The position numbers were made by a program, and so were the translations under genes. A stretch of DNA of 64,000 bases from the human T2T-CHM13v2.0 reference genome, Homo sapiens. Below, in pieces: positions 18,072-35,234 of the stretch (its first letter is position 1; every line of letters begins with the position of its first letter). The notes under the pieces are model-generated. The model made no database searches, was not told where the DNA came from, and worked only from the letters and a program-made list of their open reading frames with translations. The stretch is from the NCBI RefSeq assembly GCF_009914755.1, contig NC_060947.1, one strand, 5' to 3'.

Positions 18072-19065
18072 TCTATCACTGCGAAAAAAGTCATCCCAAA
18101 ATTAGTGTCCTAAAATAATAGCAATTTATTATTTCTCGTAATTCTGTTGGTTGACAAGGTTGTACTTCTGCTCCACATGTTATCGGCTGAAATTACCCAA
18201 GAGGCTGAATTGATCTGGGAGTTGACTGGGGCTCCAATTTACCTGGCCTTTCCTTCTACATACTGTTTCATCTTCTAGAATCTCTCTATGTAGTCTCCCT
18301 CTTTCAAGCAAAATGGCCTATTCTCCCTTACAATATTACAGCTTAGTCTTAAGAGGAAGAGTTTCAGAAGTACAAGACTAAATATATGTAACAGTGAGAG
18401 AAATCTAACATAGCTGACTCCGTCTTGTTTCTAACCTCACAAGCGAACTGCTTTTGCTTATTCATGCATGTAAGCCAAGCTAACTATGGGAGGAATTTAG
18501 TTTATATTTTAACTTTAAAGCAAGGATAATAATAGTCCCTTCCCCAAACTAACCCCTGAGAGGATAAAGAGGGTTTACACACAGATATCAATGTTATGTT
18601 AAAGATTTATAGGAGCACTGTAACCTGACCAAGGACAAAGAAGTTTTGCCAACTCCTAGGTCTCATGCTGATGCCCAGATGTCTGTGGTCACTAATCACC
18701 TGCTAACCTCAATACCTTACTTGTTCCCCTTCTCCAGTAAAAAGGAAGCTTGAGATTCATGCCTTTTAACATGCCTTTAGGACGTTAGTCTGCCATCTAC
18801 TCTGTTTGCTGGATATGTGAAATAAAGTCACATTCCTTGCTCCAACACCTTGTTCCTTGACTTACCGGCTGTCATGCCGTCAGCAGTATCAGCTTTGGAC
18901 TCAGTTACAGGTGCTTGTCAAACCTATGCTTGCATCACATTTGCTGATGTCCCATTGGACAAAGTGAGTCACGTGGCCAACCTGAGCGTAGGAAGGGAGT
19001 ACACATGGGAACATATTCTACGAGGCATGGTTTATTGGGAGCCATCAATATAACAAAACACTGCA
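18072..19065 (-). mobile_element. Second MLT1-type LTR, split by an ERV1 LTR
   Basis: catcccaaaattagtgtcctaaaataatagcaatttattatttctc...; resumes after 18909 with tgcttgcatcacatttgctgatgtcccattggacaaagtgagtcacgtggccaa. Confidence 0.65.
18387..18909 (+). mobile_element. ERV1-class solo LTR (LTR8/LTR26-like, MER4 group)
   Basis: Inverted termini tgtaac...gttaca; LTR8-like taactatgggaggaatttagtttatattttaacttt; AATAAA at 18821. No TSD visible. Confidence 0.75.
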
Positions 19066-22000
19066 AAAGGTAATAGTGCTATCAGTAGAATGTTTGTAAG
19101 CATTAGCAATAATGTATTAACACATATGTCTAGTAGACATTCAATAATTGTTATTATTGAATAAAAGTTATTATTATCAAAGAGTTATTTACAAGGGAGC
19201 TTTGAAAAAGGTATGTCAGATATAGGAAATACAATCCTTTGCTCAGAACAAATGCCAGAGTAGAGACTAGAAATATTCATTCTGCATTTCTGAGAAAGGA
19301 ATACTGATAAGAGAAATGCAATGTAAATTCAGAACAGAAACAATGTCTTTGGAAAAAGGATAAATTGTAGGAACATGTGAACCATAATAATATTAAGAAG
19401 AATTTTCACTGTTTCAAAAGCAGAAATATGTTTCCAGTACACAATCACTAATCCCTCTCCCCAACACCCTTGTCTCTGTGAGCAGTCTGGCACTACTTTT
19501 TCAGGAGGTAAAATTAAATTTAAAAAATCCATAACATAATTTCGTTCATAAATGACATATACATTGGTTTTATTCTTATGTTTGTTAATGTCCTAGTATC
19601 AATGCATTAATTTCATGGGGACAGTTGGCAGCTCAGTGAAAAATGAATCACATTTCCCCAAAAAGAAACAGCAGGAGACTTCTGAATCATGGTTCTAGGA
19701 ATCAAGGGACTTTTGTTGGCAGCAGTTATTTAATCCATTATCATTTTAAAATCAGTAATTTTCTCCCTTATTTCTAAAACAAGAGTTATTTGTTTCTTTA
19801 GATGTTGTCAAAGGAATTGGAAGAATATTTACACACTGCAATCAACTAAGTTTATGTTCTACGAGTACAGCAAAAATCTAGCTTATTGCAACTCTAAAAT
19901 TCATCAGCTGGCTCTTTCCCTGTGAAATATGATTAGGAAATAAGCTCAAATTCTCCATTCAGCTAATGTTTTAGCTGATTTCCTGCATTTTTTTTCAGTT
20001 ATCTTTCCTAATAATTCTTTCTAAAACTGTTGTAACTAGCGATCCACAAGTGGGACAGCTAAGCAGAGGCGAGATGTCAGGTGTTGTTTACAGATGTTTG
20101 CCCCAGAAGAAATAATTACAGTTCACACCTTTGCTTTTTAGTGCTATAGAAAATAAACTGAGAATTCGTCTTCTGTGCTGTCTCAATGAAATGGAAACAT
20201 TTGAAATGAACTAGGACTTAGCATGTTGGTCAGCTTTCTGGAATAACTAGAATTATTGATTCTCAAATTCCATTATACATCAGAATTACCTGGGGTAGCT
20301 GTTAAAAATGAAAATTCCCGTGTTCCAAGCTAAAGATTCTGATTCAACATATATGGGGTAAGGCCAGGAAATATGCCTTTCAAACAAATAATGCTGATAT
20401 AGGTGGTCTTCAGACCTCCTTTTTTGCTGGACAGCTCTTCCTGTGGCCCCGGCCTCCTAAGAAAAGTGAACTAGTCATTGGTATTTTCAACCTCAAGACA
20501 ACTATTTCAGCAAAAGAGGCCAGAAAAGTGCACCTCCATGCTCTTCAAATGAAAGTGATGGGACAGAGTTAGAAGTCAGTGTTACTGTCAGAGTAGGGTG
20601 GCCCTAGCAGCCTGGAAGGGCACTGCGATGCAGAATATGGGACAGGGTTTCTACAGCAAACACAGAGGGGAAGAACATTCTAGGGTAAAAACACTGTTTG
20701 GACAAAGATGCAATTAAGAGGTTCAGAGCATAGGCTTTGAAGTCAGGCCCACCTAGGTCCATACCCCGGCTCTGTTATTTAATAATCATTTTATCTATGA
20801 CTTTACTTTCAATATCTCTGTCAGTTTCCTGTTTTTATACCTTACTCCATTGTGCTAACATGACTCTAATGTAAAATATTCTCATAACTTTGCATGCTTA
20901 ATTAGGATGTTATCTGTCTCCTTTCAAAGGCTATACCACGACTTCACTCTCTTATATTGAACATGTTTTTGCCTAGAAGACTAGCCATTTTATCCCACTT
21001 TTAACATAGGTTTTTATTGCAAAATTGTGTCACCAGACCCCCTTTAAACACAGATGTCATGTCGATGATTACTTCGTTATTTGTAGCATTTTCAGCTCAG
21101 GTTTCTAAATGCAAGTACAAATATAAGTGCAAATCTTAGATGCTTCCTATCACATTTCTCCTGGATGACCTATCCCATTTCCCCCAAACATCCTCTGTAC
21201 CCCAGTTCTAATGCCATAATTTCAGAGAAGGTCACGTGTTAAAATGAAGTGGATAAAGAATGGCTTCATAGAATAGGCTATAGTTGAGCTGAGCCTTAAT
21301 AGATAGACAGAATTTATGCAGAGAGAAAGAGCATTCTAGAAAAAGGGTAATATAAACAAAAGCAGAGTCTACAGTGATTCTGATTCGTTAGGTCTGAGGT
21401 AGAGTCCAGAAATCTGTATCTCTAAATGAGTTCCCCAGTTGATTCTAATGCAGTTGGTTTGAAGACTTCAAAGACAACACTTTGAGCAACAGTGTTTAGA
21501 CTCATTGATTCTATAGCAAAATCTGAACTACAGGGTGCCGCTTTTCGGCTTCATATAGACATTCTATAATCACAAAACTACAACTGGTTTGTGATGAGTG
21601 AGTCTTTCCATCTGATGGGAGAGAATATATATGAAGGAAATAGGGGGAAACCACAGAATCCTGAAAAATGTTTACAAAATAGAAGAGTGGAAATGTATAG
21701 TATTTAGTCCAAATAGAACTGAAAGTAAAATGTGTAGGGTTGGAGTGCCAATGATTATTTATTAGGAACACTCCAACTTCCTAACAAAAGGCTATTCTAC
21801 CAGTTTAATACATACAGCATATTGCAAAAACAAAATAATAACAAAACAAAATGCCTTGGTCTTGAGAGAGACTTATTTTATGAAACACGGAAGAAAGAGA
21901 TTGTTATTTCTCAATAGCACTTGTATTAAATAAATATTTGGCTTCTACCATGCAAAGCCAGGCTCAGAAAGCATTTTTCCCATAGTTTTAAATCTAATTT

Positions 22001-23739
22001 GGCTAGAAGGCTTCAGGAGGAATACAGTGAATATGAAAAACAGAAGCAAAATTTATAGATTTTACCATTGTCCTGTTTTTAGAGAGAAACCAGGTGAAAT
22101 ATGTGCACTAGTTGAGAGGCAGGCCTAGCCTTAGGCTTTGAAAAAAGGACTTCTAAGATGAAAGATGCTGCAGAGCAGAAGTGGTATGAATTGATGTCAA
22201 GATGACTTATTATATCCCACATTTTCTGGTTCATTATGGAGCTTCCTGTATGATCTCCTGTATAAATCAGAAAGGCTAGAGTAAAATAGACACAGAATTT
22301 CATACCTAAAAGCTCACAAAAAGAGCTAACCTTATCATTGCAAAATCAACTCACATGTTTCTCTACAAAGACAATTTGTATTTGGTTTCTATTTGTTTTT
22401 CACTTTTCGGAATGTTGCTAGGTATTTTTCTTCAAATTATTTTGTAGGACTGCATCCTCTTTTCCCAACTAGACTGCAAACTTCACAAGGCCAAGGGTCA
22501 TGCCTATGAATTCTTTGGTAGCTTCTCACAGAGTCTAGCACAGCATTTGGTGCACCTACTGGGCACTCAGAAGCACTTGAGAACTGTCTCAATACAGTAG
22601 GTAAAGACAGCTATAAACTCTTCTGCATTTAGTGCAGCTGCCAAAATGTGGGGCCTCAAGTTAAAAGGCATGCGTTGTATTAATAAAGTTGCAGGCTTTT
22701 CTGCAAATACCTCAAATGAAAACTGTCTTTTCCTATAACGGGATTGTCAGAGAGATTAATTTATATTTTCCGATTGGCTCCTGACAGTAACGGAAGTATT
22801 GTAATTTTTGACTGTATTAATGTTACTGAATTTATGGAGGCTTTTCACCTTATTACATAGCTTCATAAAAATACTTCATTTTAAGAAAATACTTCTTCAT
22901 ATGGAATGATAGAAGGCTATTTAGGGATTCTCTGATAACCACTTTATCCAAAAAGGCACTCAGAGCTAAAGGACAGATCTAAAACTGTGTGTAGGTATCT
23001 CATAAAAGACCCTGAAAATTATCTAGGTTCAGGAGAATTTCATCATTGGTTCTTATTGCATCTAGTCACTTATATTATTCCATATAGCATGTGATGGTGA
23101 AAATATAATGAGCCATATGTCTTAGAGGAAAATTCTTAAAAGAGGAAAGATTTTACATAGTACTATATAAATTAAGGTGCATTGAAAGAATGTTGGAAAG
23201 AAACAATTTTTAAAGACCTACTAACGTATCAGATGACAAATACAATTCCCTTCTGGAGATTTTAATTAAAATGTTTCAAAAAAAAATTCATGAGTCTTCA
23301 TGTTAGTAGTAAGAAAAAACACTCAACAAGTGTGCTAACTGGGGTCTGTACTAAGCAAAAGTTGTTTGGGTGGAATTCTGATCCTGGAAATATTGCTCAG
23401 CTAATTGAATAATACAGTGCCATTCTTATGCAGAAAATGTTTTGCAAGATCCTCCCTTCAGTACTATCTGAGCTGTGAGTTGGTTAATTGGGTATGGTTA
23501 TAAGATGGGATCCAAACAGTCACTGTCTTGTCTCTTAATGTCAAATAGAAAATCAGGAGAAATACATCAAAGCATGAATCTGCAATTTTGACATCATAAC
23601 CATAGTATTGGTGCTTTCTCCAGGTGACAGTAAATTGCAAGTCAATGAGCTATCTCTATGCTCACCAAACTCTGACTATCTTATCCTGAGCCTGCAGGTA
23701 GCTACAACATGGCTTAACATTGTGGTCTACATCTAACGT

Positions 23740-23871
23740 TTGTCATAAACTTTTCAATATTTTATTTGGTTTCCTCCATAAGTACAATCAAAACGGTCAG
23801 ACTGGGTGAGGACAGACAGTCACTGTAACTACGTCGTAAATGTCCTGTACTTCTCGTATGGAAATATTTCA
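23740..23871 (-). other. Candidate terminal exon
   Basis: Acceptor tttttatttttacttttAG| at 23873/23872; AATAAA on the minus strand at 23766-23761; four CpGs within ~65 bp. Motifs only. Confidence 0.25.
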
Positions 23872-24389
23872 CTAAAAGTAAAAATAAAAATTTCAACAAT
23901 CACACAGCAGCAGAAGCAACATGGCAACGACAATAACAGCTAATATTACTTAAGTACTTACTGTGTATTCAAAGAACTATGCCAAGAAATTTGTCTGCAT
24001 TAACTTCATAATTTTATGTAACACGCTAAAATGCCTTTTTGTGTTCTATAATTATCATATCACACTTTTAAAATCCCGATGATGCATTATTATGATTTCC
24101 CTAATTTCTCATCTGCAGATGAGAAAATTTCTAGGCTTAAAACATTCAGCTCTTAAAGACACAGGCAGAATATAAGCTAGGGCCAGTTCAAACAGGCTTT
24201 GTCTCAATGGCTCACGGAGCACTATAATTTTCAAAATTTGTGTTGGATGAAAAAACCTTTGGTAAGTCCAATCAGTTGTTTAGCATCATGGGTATCATAC
24301 CCTCTACCTTTATGATGGTTGTCTTTTTACCGGTTATGGATTTACAGATTGGTGTGTTATATCTCAAATCTATTCAAATCTCTGTAGCA

Positions 24390-24604
24390 CAAGCTTGTCT
24401 GACCTGTGGCCCGTGGGCTGCATGTGGCCCAGGACAGCTATAAATGCAACCCAACACAAATTCATAAACTTCCTTAAAACATGATTAGATTTTCTGTGAA
24501 TTATTTTTTTAGCTCATCAGCTATCATTACCATATTTTATGTGTGGCCCAAGAAAATTCTTCTTCCAATGTGGCCCAGGGAAGCTAAAAGATTGGACACC
24601 GCTG
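24390..24604 (-). mobile_element. MER30 (hAT-Charlie MITE)
   Basis: caagcttgtctgacctgtggccc...ccaatgtggcccagggaagctaaaagattggacaccgctg; 8-bp TSD ctgtagca (24382-24389) / ctatagca (24605-24612). Confidence 0.92.
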
Positions 24605-25291
24605 CTATAGCATCTTTATCATTATCATATCATCATTCCTTATGTAGTCAAATTTTACAAAGTATTCCTACATTTCCTTCCTGTGGAGAATTTGAGGAAA
24701 GGAGCAGTCAAGATCAAAGCTCTGTTAATTAGCTCAAAGTCTGCCTGACGGGGGCCATCAGCAAGGAAAATTGTGAGGCAATCAATAAAAAGACTTCTGT
24801 CTCAACAATACAGAATGAAATCGGCAAGATTTTAACAAACTAAATGTAATAGCCAACACCAAAAACCCTCTATGCATTTCAATCTAATATGGATACAGAA
24901 TACTACATAAACCCTGAATGTATGCAGAACAATTAACTAAAAATCTTTTTGTGTATATAATATTAATATTTAAACTAACTTCATTGTCCAAAGGAAAGAA
25001 ACATTTTGAAAGATCCAATTGGCAAATAGCCAAAGAAAAAGAGCACAAACTTCTCTTGTTCTGAATCCACTGCTGTTAGACAGCAACGTATTATGATAAA
25101 AATCTATTTGATAGCATGAGAATATCAGGCAAATATGCACCTATATTTTAGTGATAGTAATCCAGTGTTAACTTTACATTTATATTAATCTCTGTAGTTT
25201 ATGAAATGTGTTCAAGAAAATCGTAAAAAAAAATCCAATATACCAAGACAGAGGTAAAAATAAATGCAACTATTTAAAAATAAACGAACAT

Positions 25292-25666
<375 letters not shown>

Positions 25667-25948
25667 TTAAGTGCTTACTGTGTATGTAAGGTACTACGTC
25701 AAGAAATTCTTATGCATTACCTTCATAATTTTATGTAATACAACAAGAAAACAAGATAGAGTCAATTTGATATTATTGAATAGATTTGATTTTGTTAACT
25801 AATGTTTTCGTTAATGCAAACAAATGTGATAAGACTTTAATGAATCCATCTTAATCTGGAAAATAACAAGTAGCCAAAACAACCAAGAAATGTTTTTCTC
25901 TATTCTGAAGAATCCTCTGTTTCACTGAACTTAAAATCATGATAGAAT

Positions 25949-26041
25949 TAGGAACTATACTCATTGTAAGAAAATAAAATGGGAACTACCCTCATTGGAA
26001 GACAATAAAATAGGAACTACACTCATTGGAAGACAATGAAA
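25949..26041. repeat. Minisatellite, 3 x 31 bp
   Basis: taggaactatactcattgtaagaaaataaaa / tgggaactaccctcattggaagacaataaaa / taggaactacactcattggaagacaatgaaa. Confidence 0.95.
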
Positions 26042-26085
26042 GTCTCATCCAAAGGATTATCTCCCAGAAGAGTACAAGTGGTGAT

Positions 26086-26093
26086 ACAAACAC

Positions 26094-26128
<35 letters not shown>

Positions 26129-26134
26129 CAGAGA
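26086..26134. repeat. (CA)n microsatellite
   Basis: Interrupted CA run followed by gaga. Confidence 0.95.
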
Positions 26135-26389
26135 GCACAGTTTGGTTTTTGCTTTTCATTTTACACAGAACATAACCTTGTATCTGGATTCAGGCAGTAA
26201 TGGTAAAGTGTGGAAAACTGCTACCTCTTCAACACAGAGATAAAAACTTATAAGCCATGCTTTAGTTCATAATTACTTTTCCTCTGCATCTGTTTCTAAA
26301 CTTTCATACCTAACTTTATAAACCTCCACTTAAGCCTTTAGCTCTCAGGATTGCTGCCTAACTGTGGTGATTTTATTGAATTTTGCTTA

Positions 26390-27330
26390 TTATTTATTTA
26401 TTCAGCAAATACTTAGCAAAATCTATGTGCAAAATACAGTGCTAGTTACTGGTGATATGACGATTAACAAAATTAGTCAATGTTCTTTACCCTCATAGAG
26501 CTAATTCTTTATTTGAGAATAGAGGTATTAATTTAAAAATACATAATGATAGACATATAATCAAATGTAGGTATTTAGAAAATCCCCCTCTCCACCCATA
26601 TGCAAGGAACAAAAACATCAAATGTATTTTGAGTAAAATATCAAGTTAAAAACAGCCAGAAGGGATGAAGAACAACCATTCCCTTACTCATCAGGCTTTA
26701 TATGCCATTCCTGTAAATTACATGTGTGCAGAACACTAACTGTGCAGAGCTACACATAGTATGGGAAAGGGGGATCAGGGAACAAAGAAAGAATGGCATG
26801 ATTATAAAGCAAATGATACTGGTTTAGAAAACCAAGACAATCATAGGAATTTAAAAGTTCTAGGGATTATAGAAGGATAGCAAAATTCAATATATTTTTT
26901 TCAGTCATAATATATGGATTCATCTCCATCATTAGATTTTTGGGAGAGCAAAAACTAAAACACTTGTTTGAATAATATTTATTACTCTTCAGTAGCCTAA
27001 AAATTCAGTTTATAAAATATACTATAGAATTAAAGTACAGTGTGCTGCAGTGTACAACAAAGATACCAAAACTAATCTGGGAGTTCAGAGAAGGCTTTCC
27101 AGATAAAGGGGTTTTAAAAATGAAATATGAAGGATAACTAAGATTTCTGCAAGTAAATAGTAGAAGCTGGGAAAGAGTGGGTTCGAAGAAGAAGTGATGA
27201 CATTTATAAAGGACCAGTGTTGAGACAAGCGCAGGTCATCTAGGGTCTCATGGACCCCATATTAAGAACTAATATGGGGCACTAAGACGATTTGCAAGCT
27301 ACCATCTATTCAAGAAAATTAAGTAGATGT
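26390..27330 (-). mobile_element. L2 fragments
   Basis: ttatttattcagcaaatacttagcaaaatctatgtgcaaaatacagtgctag (26393-26445); ttcagagaaggctttccagataaagg (~27085). Confidence 0.5.
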
Positions 27331-28016
27331 TTGAAATAATTTGAATATGTCCAGTAGAAGAGATCAGGTTCAAAGTATTTTTAAAGATTCTTATATCGGC
27401 AAAATTCTATTGATCCATGAAATTTGCCATATACTTTTTACCTCTATGATCTTATATCCATCACTATGCAAGGAAATTTATTACACGTGTCAGACAGGTA
27501 GCATAATATGTAAGTGTGGTGAGTGATTGTTTCAAGTTAACATAATAATGAACAGCCTTATATAGTAGAGTTTGAGGTAGAATTTGAAACAAGCATGTAA
27601 TTCTGATAAGCATCATAGTCACAGTGGTTAACATGATGGCAGTATCTTCTTTGAGGAGAACAGAATAAGAAAAACACAGATATGAGAATGTGAGGGGCAT
27701 GTTCTGAGTGCAGTGAGGTGAGCAGTTTGGGAATCATAGAAATGAATTATAAGCCTACATGGGAGGTCATAAAATCCTGAACTAAATCAGTGTCAGAGAA
27801 GGTGGTACAACATGAGAATTCAGAAACACATCCAATTAAAAATCTGTAAGACTTTATGGCTAACTAGATATGAAAAATCAGGGATGAATATAAAAGAAAA
27901 TGTTTGCTTTATACGTGAGTGATAGGAAGATAAGTACCAAATAAGAAATTTCATTAACTCGGTTACAATCAGTCTTCATGTAGTTCTCACTTTCACATAG
28001 TATTTTTAAATGACAC

Positions 28017-28590
28017 TGTAACAAGACTGCCAGGTTCATATGTGTGCTGCATAGCAACAGACACATACATTGACAGTGGGGTTTGCAGCAAAGAGTTTAA
28101 TAATCACAAGGCAACAAACTAGGAAATGGGAAGAATTCTCAAGCCTCAAACCTATTTTGTTGAGGAGTTTTGGACAAGGAGATTCTGAAGGGTGAAGGGC
28201 TAGAAAATTTGGGTTGTTGATTGGTTGGGATAAGGGGGATGAAATCATCGTAATATGGTAACTGAATTTCTCCATGAGATGGTTCTTACTAGGCCCTCCA
28301 GACCAGCTGGTGTTGATAGTTTTGTTGGCATGCATAACCTAAAGAAGAAGCTTAAACAGAAAGCCTATTTCTTCACAATACCTTGAATTTTATCCATACA
28401 ACAGGAAAAGAATAAAAACTCTTGTAAAAAGAGTTACATTATCCCAGAATAGCAAGTAGTTACCAGCTACAAAAAAAGTGGGTCAAAGGGCAAGCTGGCT
28501 TAATGACTGCTGATACTGTGCTTCAAGCCTAGTTAGACTTTATTTTTTCTCCTTAATTGATATTATAAAATGTTATTTGAGATGGTTTAA
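28017..28590 (-). mobile_element. ERV1-class solo LTR (MER4 group)
   Basis: Starts tgtaac (LTR end gttaca); gtttgcagcaaagagtttaat poly(A)-signal region; gttgattggttggga CCAAT region; ends gagatggtttaa (similar to the tgaaacc start, reversed). Confidence 0.7.
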
Positions 28591-29499
28591 TATACACCCT
28601 AAAATGTATGTTTTTTACTTAATTTAGACTTCTGTATATCAGCTGACAAATAATAACTATGAGTTACTGCATGCTGGTACTCTCTGCCAGCCAGTCATTC
28701 AGTTTTGGTGGCATATTCATCAATGTCAGCAGAACAATACCTGTCAGTACAAGTGTTTACATATTTAAATACATTTTAATTGTATTTTATAACAGAAGAA
28801 ACTTAAGAAAAAACTAATGCTTCTTAAAGAAGTACAGACCTAATACATTAATTCAAGCATGATGAAGATAAAATAATCAAGTAGAAAAAAAATCCCCCTT
28901 TAGACTTGTTGGATTTAAACATGTAGTAAATTTTGAAAGGAAAACATTGTTCAAAAAGTACAACATGCCACAGATATATCCATTAAGTGTGTATCTAAAT
29001 AAGAGTTGTATATCAGGAGTTTAATTTTTCTCTTTAAGAAAATAAGTTCTTATATACTACAAAATTTTTGTTGTTGGTGTGTGACATATTTGGCATGGTA
29101 CATGTTTTCTCAAGTATGCGTTGTAATAAAGTACTTCTTGTAGGAAATTCAGAAGAGTAAATCAGTTTTTTGGCATATGAAGAAAAGTGTTTTAGAAATG
29201 TAGTTTGAGGTGATGGTGAACATGAATGTGGAAATATCTTGTAAATAGTTAAAACATTAACACTAGAGCCCCAGTTGGAAATAAACATTTAGGAATTTTT
29301 TGATAACAGTAGGTATATAGACCATAAGAGTGGAACCAAATTACTAATGGGATAACAGATCCAGGAATATTTTGTAGATACTGGCATTTTAATACATAAA
29401 AAAGGTGGAAAGGCTTTGGATCCATGGATGGCTGAAAACTGGAACTGAGCTCTCTGCAAAATGGTAGAATCCATATTTCTATAAAACAGGCATTAAAAT

Positions 29500-32110
<2,611 letters not shown>

Positions 32111-35100
32111 TTAATAATGATAACAGCAAAACCAAATGTTCTGAGTACTCAGGAGGTCCCTGGTGTTACTTTTGAAGAATATAGTTTTAACGCGTAGAAG
32201 TGAATACAAAGAAAATGATAGAAAATTACAGCAGATTTAACTCACGTAAGTTCTATAGAGCAGTTTTACTCCCACATACATGCAATATAGGTTTACAAGA
32301 AAGGCGCACATTTTGTAAGCATATAGGGTGTGTCTGTTTATTTTTATCTCCACATGACACTCAGAAACAGCCTCTAAATCAAAATGGTCTCAATAGATAT
32401 TAGTTAAATACAAAGGAGAGTCAGATGACATATTTTAAGCTCTATGCAAGCAAATTCTTGGCTATTTTTAGAAATTTACTATCTCAAAAGTCAATTCATT
32501 TCAATTTTTTCTCATTTTCAAATATGATATAATAGCTCAGAGTATGCCCTCTGTCATTGCTGAAGACAGTGCTACTGATCTACTTGTGGAAAAATATTAA
32601 CATTAACATGTTTCCCAAGAGACAGTGTGATATTATATTTATGCCTGATAAAATTTGGTGATCATGCACATGAATTTACAATATCCCTAGGTAGTTTACA
32701 GTCCCATCTGTGCCAGGGAAACAAAGCTATTTCAACTACAGCATAAGAGAATAAAAAATGTTGTCCAAAATTTTATTAAATACTTACTTTATAGATGGCA
32801 CTTTAGCATGTGCTTATTAATATGCACCTTACAAAACTGAGCTCATAAGTGAGAATTTGACCTGATAAAATTTGAAATGCTTTGCTTTGGCAAGGTCAGC
32901 ATATTGGTATTCCTGCTAATTCTACATCACAAATACCATACTTAGTCAATAGCGCTTCAAACATTGGGATGCAGTGAGCAAAACACAGGCATCCTCAGAA
33001 GAGATTCTTCTTTGTACTACAATCTTGAGCAAGTTACTTCTCTCCAGGTTTCTGGTTTTCTTCTCTGGAAACTGAGGACATCATACTAGATAGTCCTGAA
33101 GACTTTGTCCCTGAACAACTCCAGGAAAATAATTTTTAAAAGTCTGATTCCACATATTAAAATCCTATCCTAATTTTGAAAACTAGATAAAATTTTATTT
33201 AAAAAGTGTTACGGATAACCTAAAAATAAGACAGTAGAACCAGTGTTCTTTAAGAAGAAACGGTAGAGAATGGATGCCCTAGGGAATCCATAACCCTAAA
33301 AAAAGTTTGATAAATACTTCTGTGAAAATTTCAGATTTGGGGTAGCATAAGGGAATGTTGGAAATTTGTGTGGTGTATGTAGAATCTACTAGGTTGTATA
33401 CATAATTTTATTAATATTGAATATGTAACAGCGGCACTTGCATTACTTCAAACATCAATCAATGGCTTGATTAATGACTTTTCGAAGGATAAGACAAAAA
33501 GTTTATAAAAAAGAAGTCTAAGAATGGCATCTGAAAGAGGCCAGTGACTTCACTTAAAAATGTGTTTCTGCCCTAATGCAAACAAAATGTGGCTACATTA
33601 TCTTGTTATCCAAATATTTTGACAGTTATTTAGAAAATGTGAGCATATCCGTCTTTTCTTCTTAGAGATTTATTCTTTTGTGGAATTTTTCATTCATACT
33701 TTTTGTAGAAATAATAATCCCATTTCATATGTGGGTACTTTAGAGTCAACAAACCAATTAGTTAATTTTATTTACACAATCGCTAGATATAGTAGGCAGA
33801 CATTTCAGATGTAGAAATAAAAGCTTGGAGAGATTAAGTACTCTGGGAAGTGGCAGAACCACAATGAAAAGCTAGGTTAACCTGTCTCCACAAACATATA
33901 TTCCTTTCTATGTGACCATCATGCCAAAATCCCTTTTAATGAAAGTGCCCTACATTAACAAATATCACCCTTAAGGCAATATCTAGCTTTTATTAGGGGA
34001 CACTAATTCCTTACTCCTTTGGAAGGAAGAGTGGGTCTTTTAGCCAGCTCCTTCTTCTACCTTTCTTTACTTTGTTAAGTTTTATTGAGATATAATTCTA
34101 TCTTTTCTGTCGTTTGGCTTGCTCTCAGAAAGGTGCACATAGTTGTGTGCTCTAGGTTGCATAATAAACCTATAAAAAAATGACTGTCTATTTGAAGGGG
34201 ATGAATAGCAAATTTATAGTGTTGTCTGTGACTAGACAAGTCCAAACAATTTTAGGGAATGCAGCAAGCAGTGATAAGTGTAAGTTGCATCCTCCAATTT
34301 AACATTTAATTGCAAAAATACTAATATTTTCATCTTGGTATTTCTCACCCCTGACTGTATCTCTCAATTGATTCCAAGTGCAGAAGGAAAATGAGATGCT
34401 TTTATTGGGCCCACTAAAACACTGACATTGACAGGAATCCAACGATTCATTTTCCTGATTATATCTACTGTGAAGGGCAATTAAAAAATACAAATGAATA
34501 TGACATGTTCTTAGTCTATTATTAAGAAATATACACAATTTTAACTTCAAATATCTCTCAAATATCTCTGGTCTGAATATCAACATTCCTCTTCTTGTTT
34601 ACAGTTTCTTATGGCTCAAGAAAAATAGTAGCTCCGAGAAAATTTTTCTTCAAATATTATAGAGTTTATGGATGGCCAGTGGCAGGACTTGACAAAATAT
34701 CAAAATGTTGACAAATTAACTGGAATTTAGACTACAGGTCAAAACAGATCTATCAGCAGCAAATGCAAGGAAGGAATCTTAGAGTAGTGGAACTCAGGAG
34801 GACTTAGATTAGTTGAGATTTAGCTTGTGGCCTGAAGTAGGATTCCATTCTTTAGGATAGTAGAGTAGAGTAAGGCACATCCTGGTCTAGACTACAAGTT
34901 TGTGACTCATGCATAGGAAATATGACAAAGACCCAGTTCCTAGAAAGCAGAGTGTTAGTGGAAAGGAAAGGAGGAAAATGTGAGTAACAGAACTAAGGTA
35001 AAAGGTTGGAGTGGCAGGTCTGGTTGTTTGGTCATCAAGCTATGCAATAAATGATCTCCATACTTGCTTCTAGAATCTAACTCAGAGCTAAGCTACAAAT

Positions 35101-35234
35101 CAGAGTTCTGTTACCCCACCTTTGAGAAATAGGAGAAGAAGCCACAGAAATTATTACCACAGCATCTAGTGCAACGCCATGTTTCCAGTTGATACTGGTG
35201 AACACTGGTAAAGAGAGAGTGTTATGATATTGGA

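Noticed and set aside
24240-24732. Two adjacent plus-strand ORFs
   Set aside because: Both run into or through MER30; non-ATG or weak starts; no recognisable domain.
25949-26041. CRISPR-like array
   Set aside because: Head-to-tail units without unique spacers, in a eukaryotic context.
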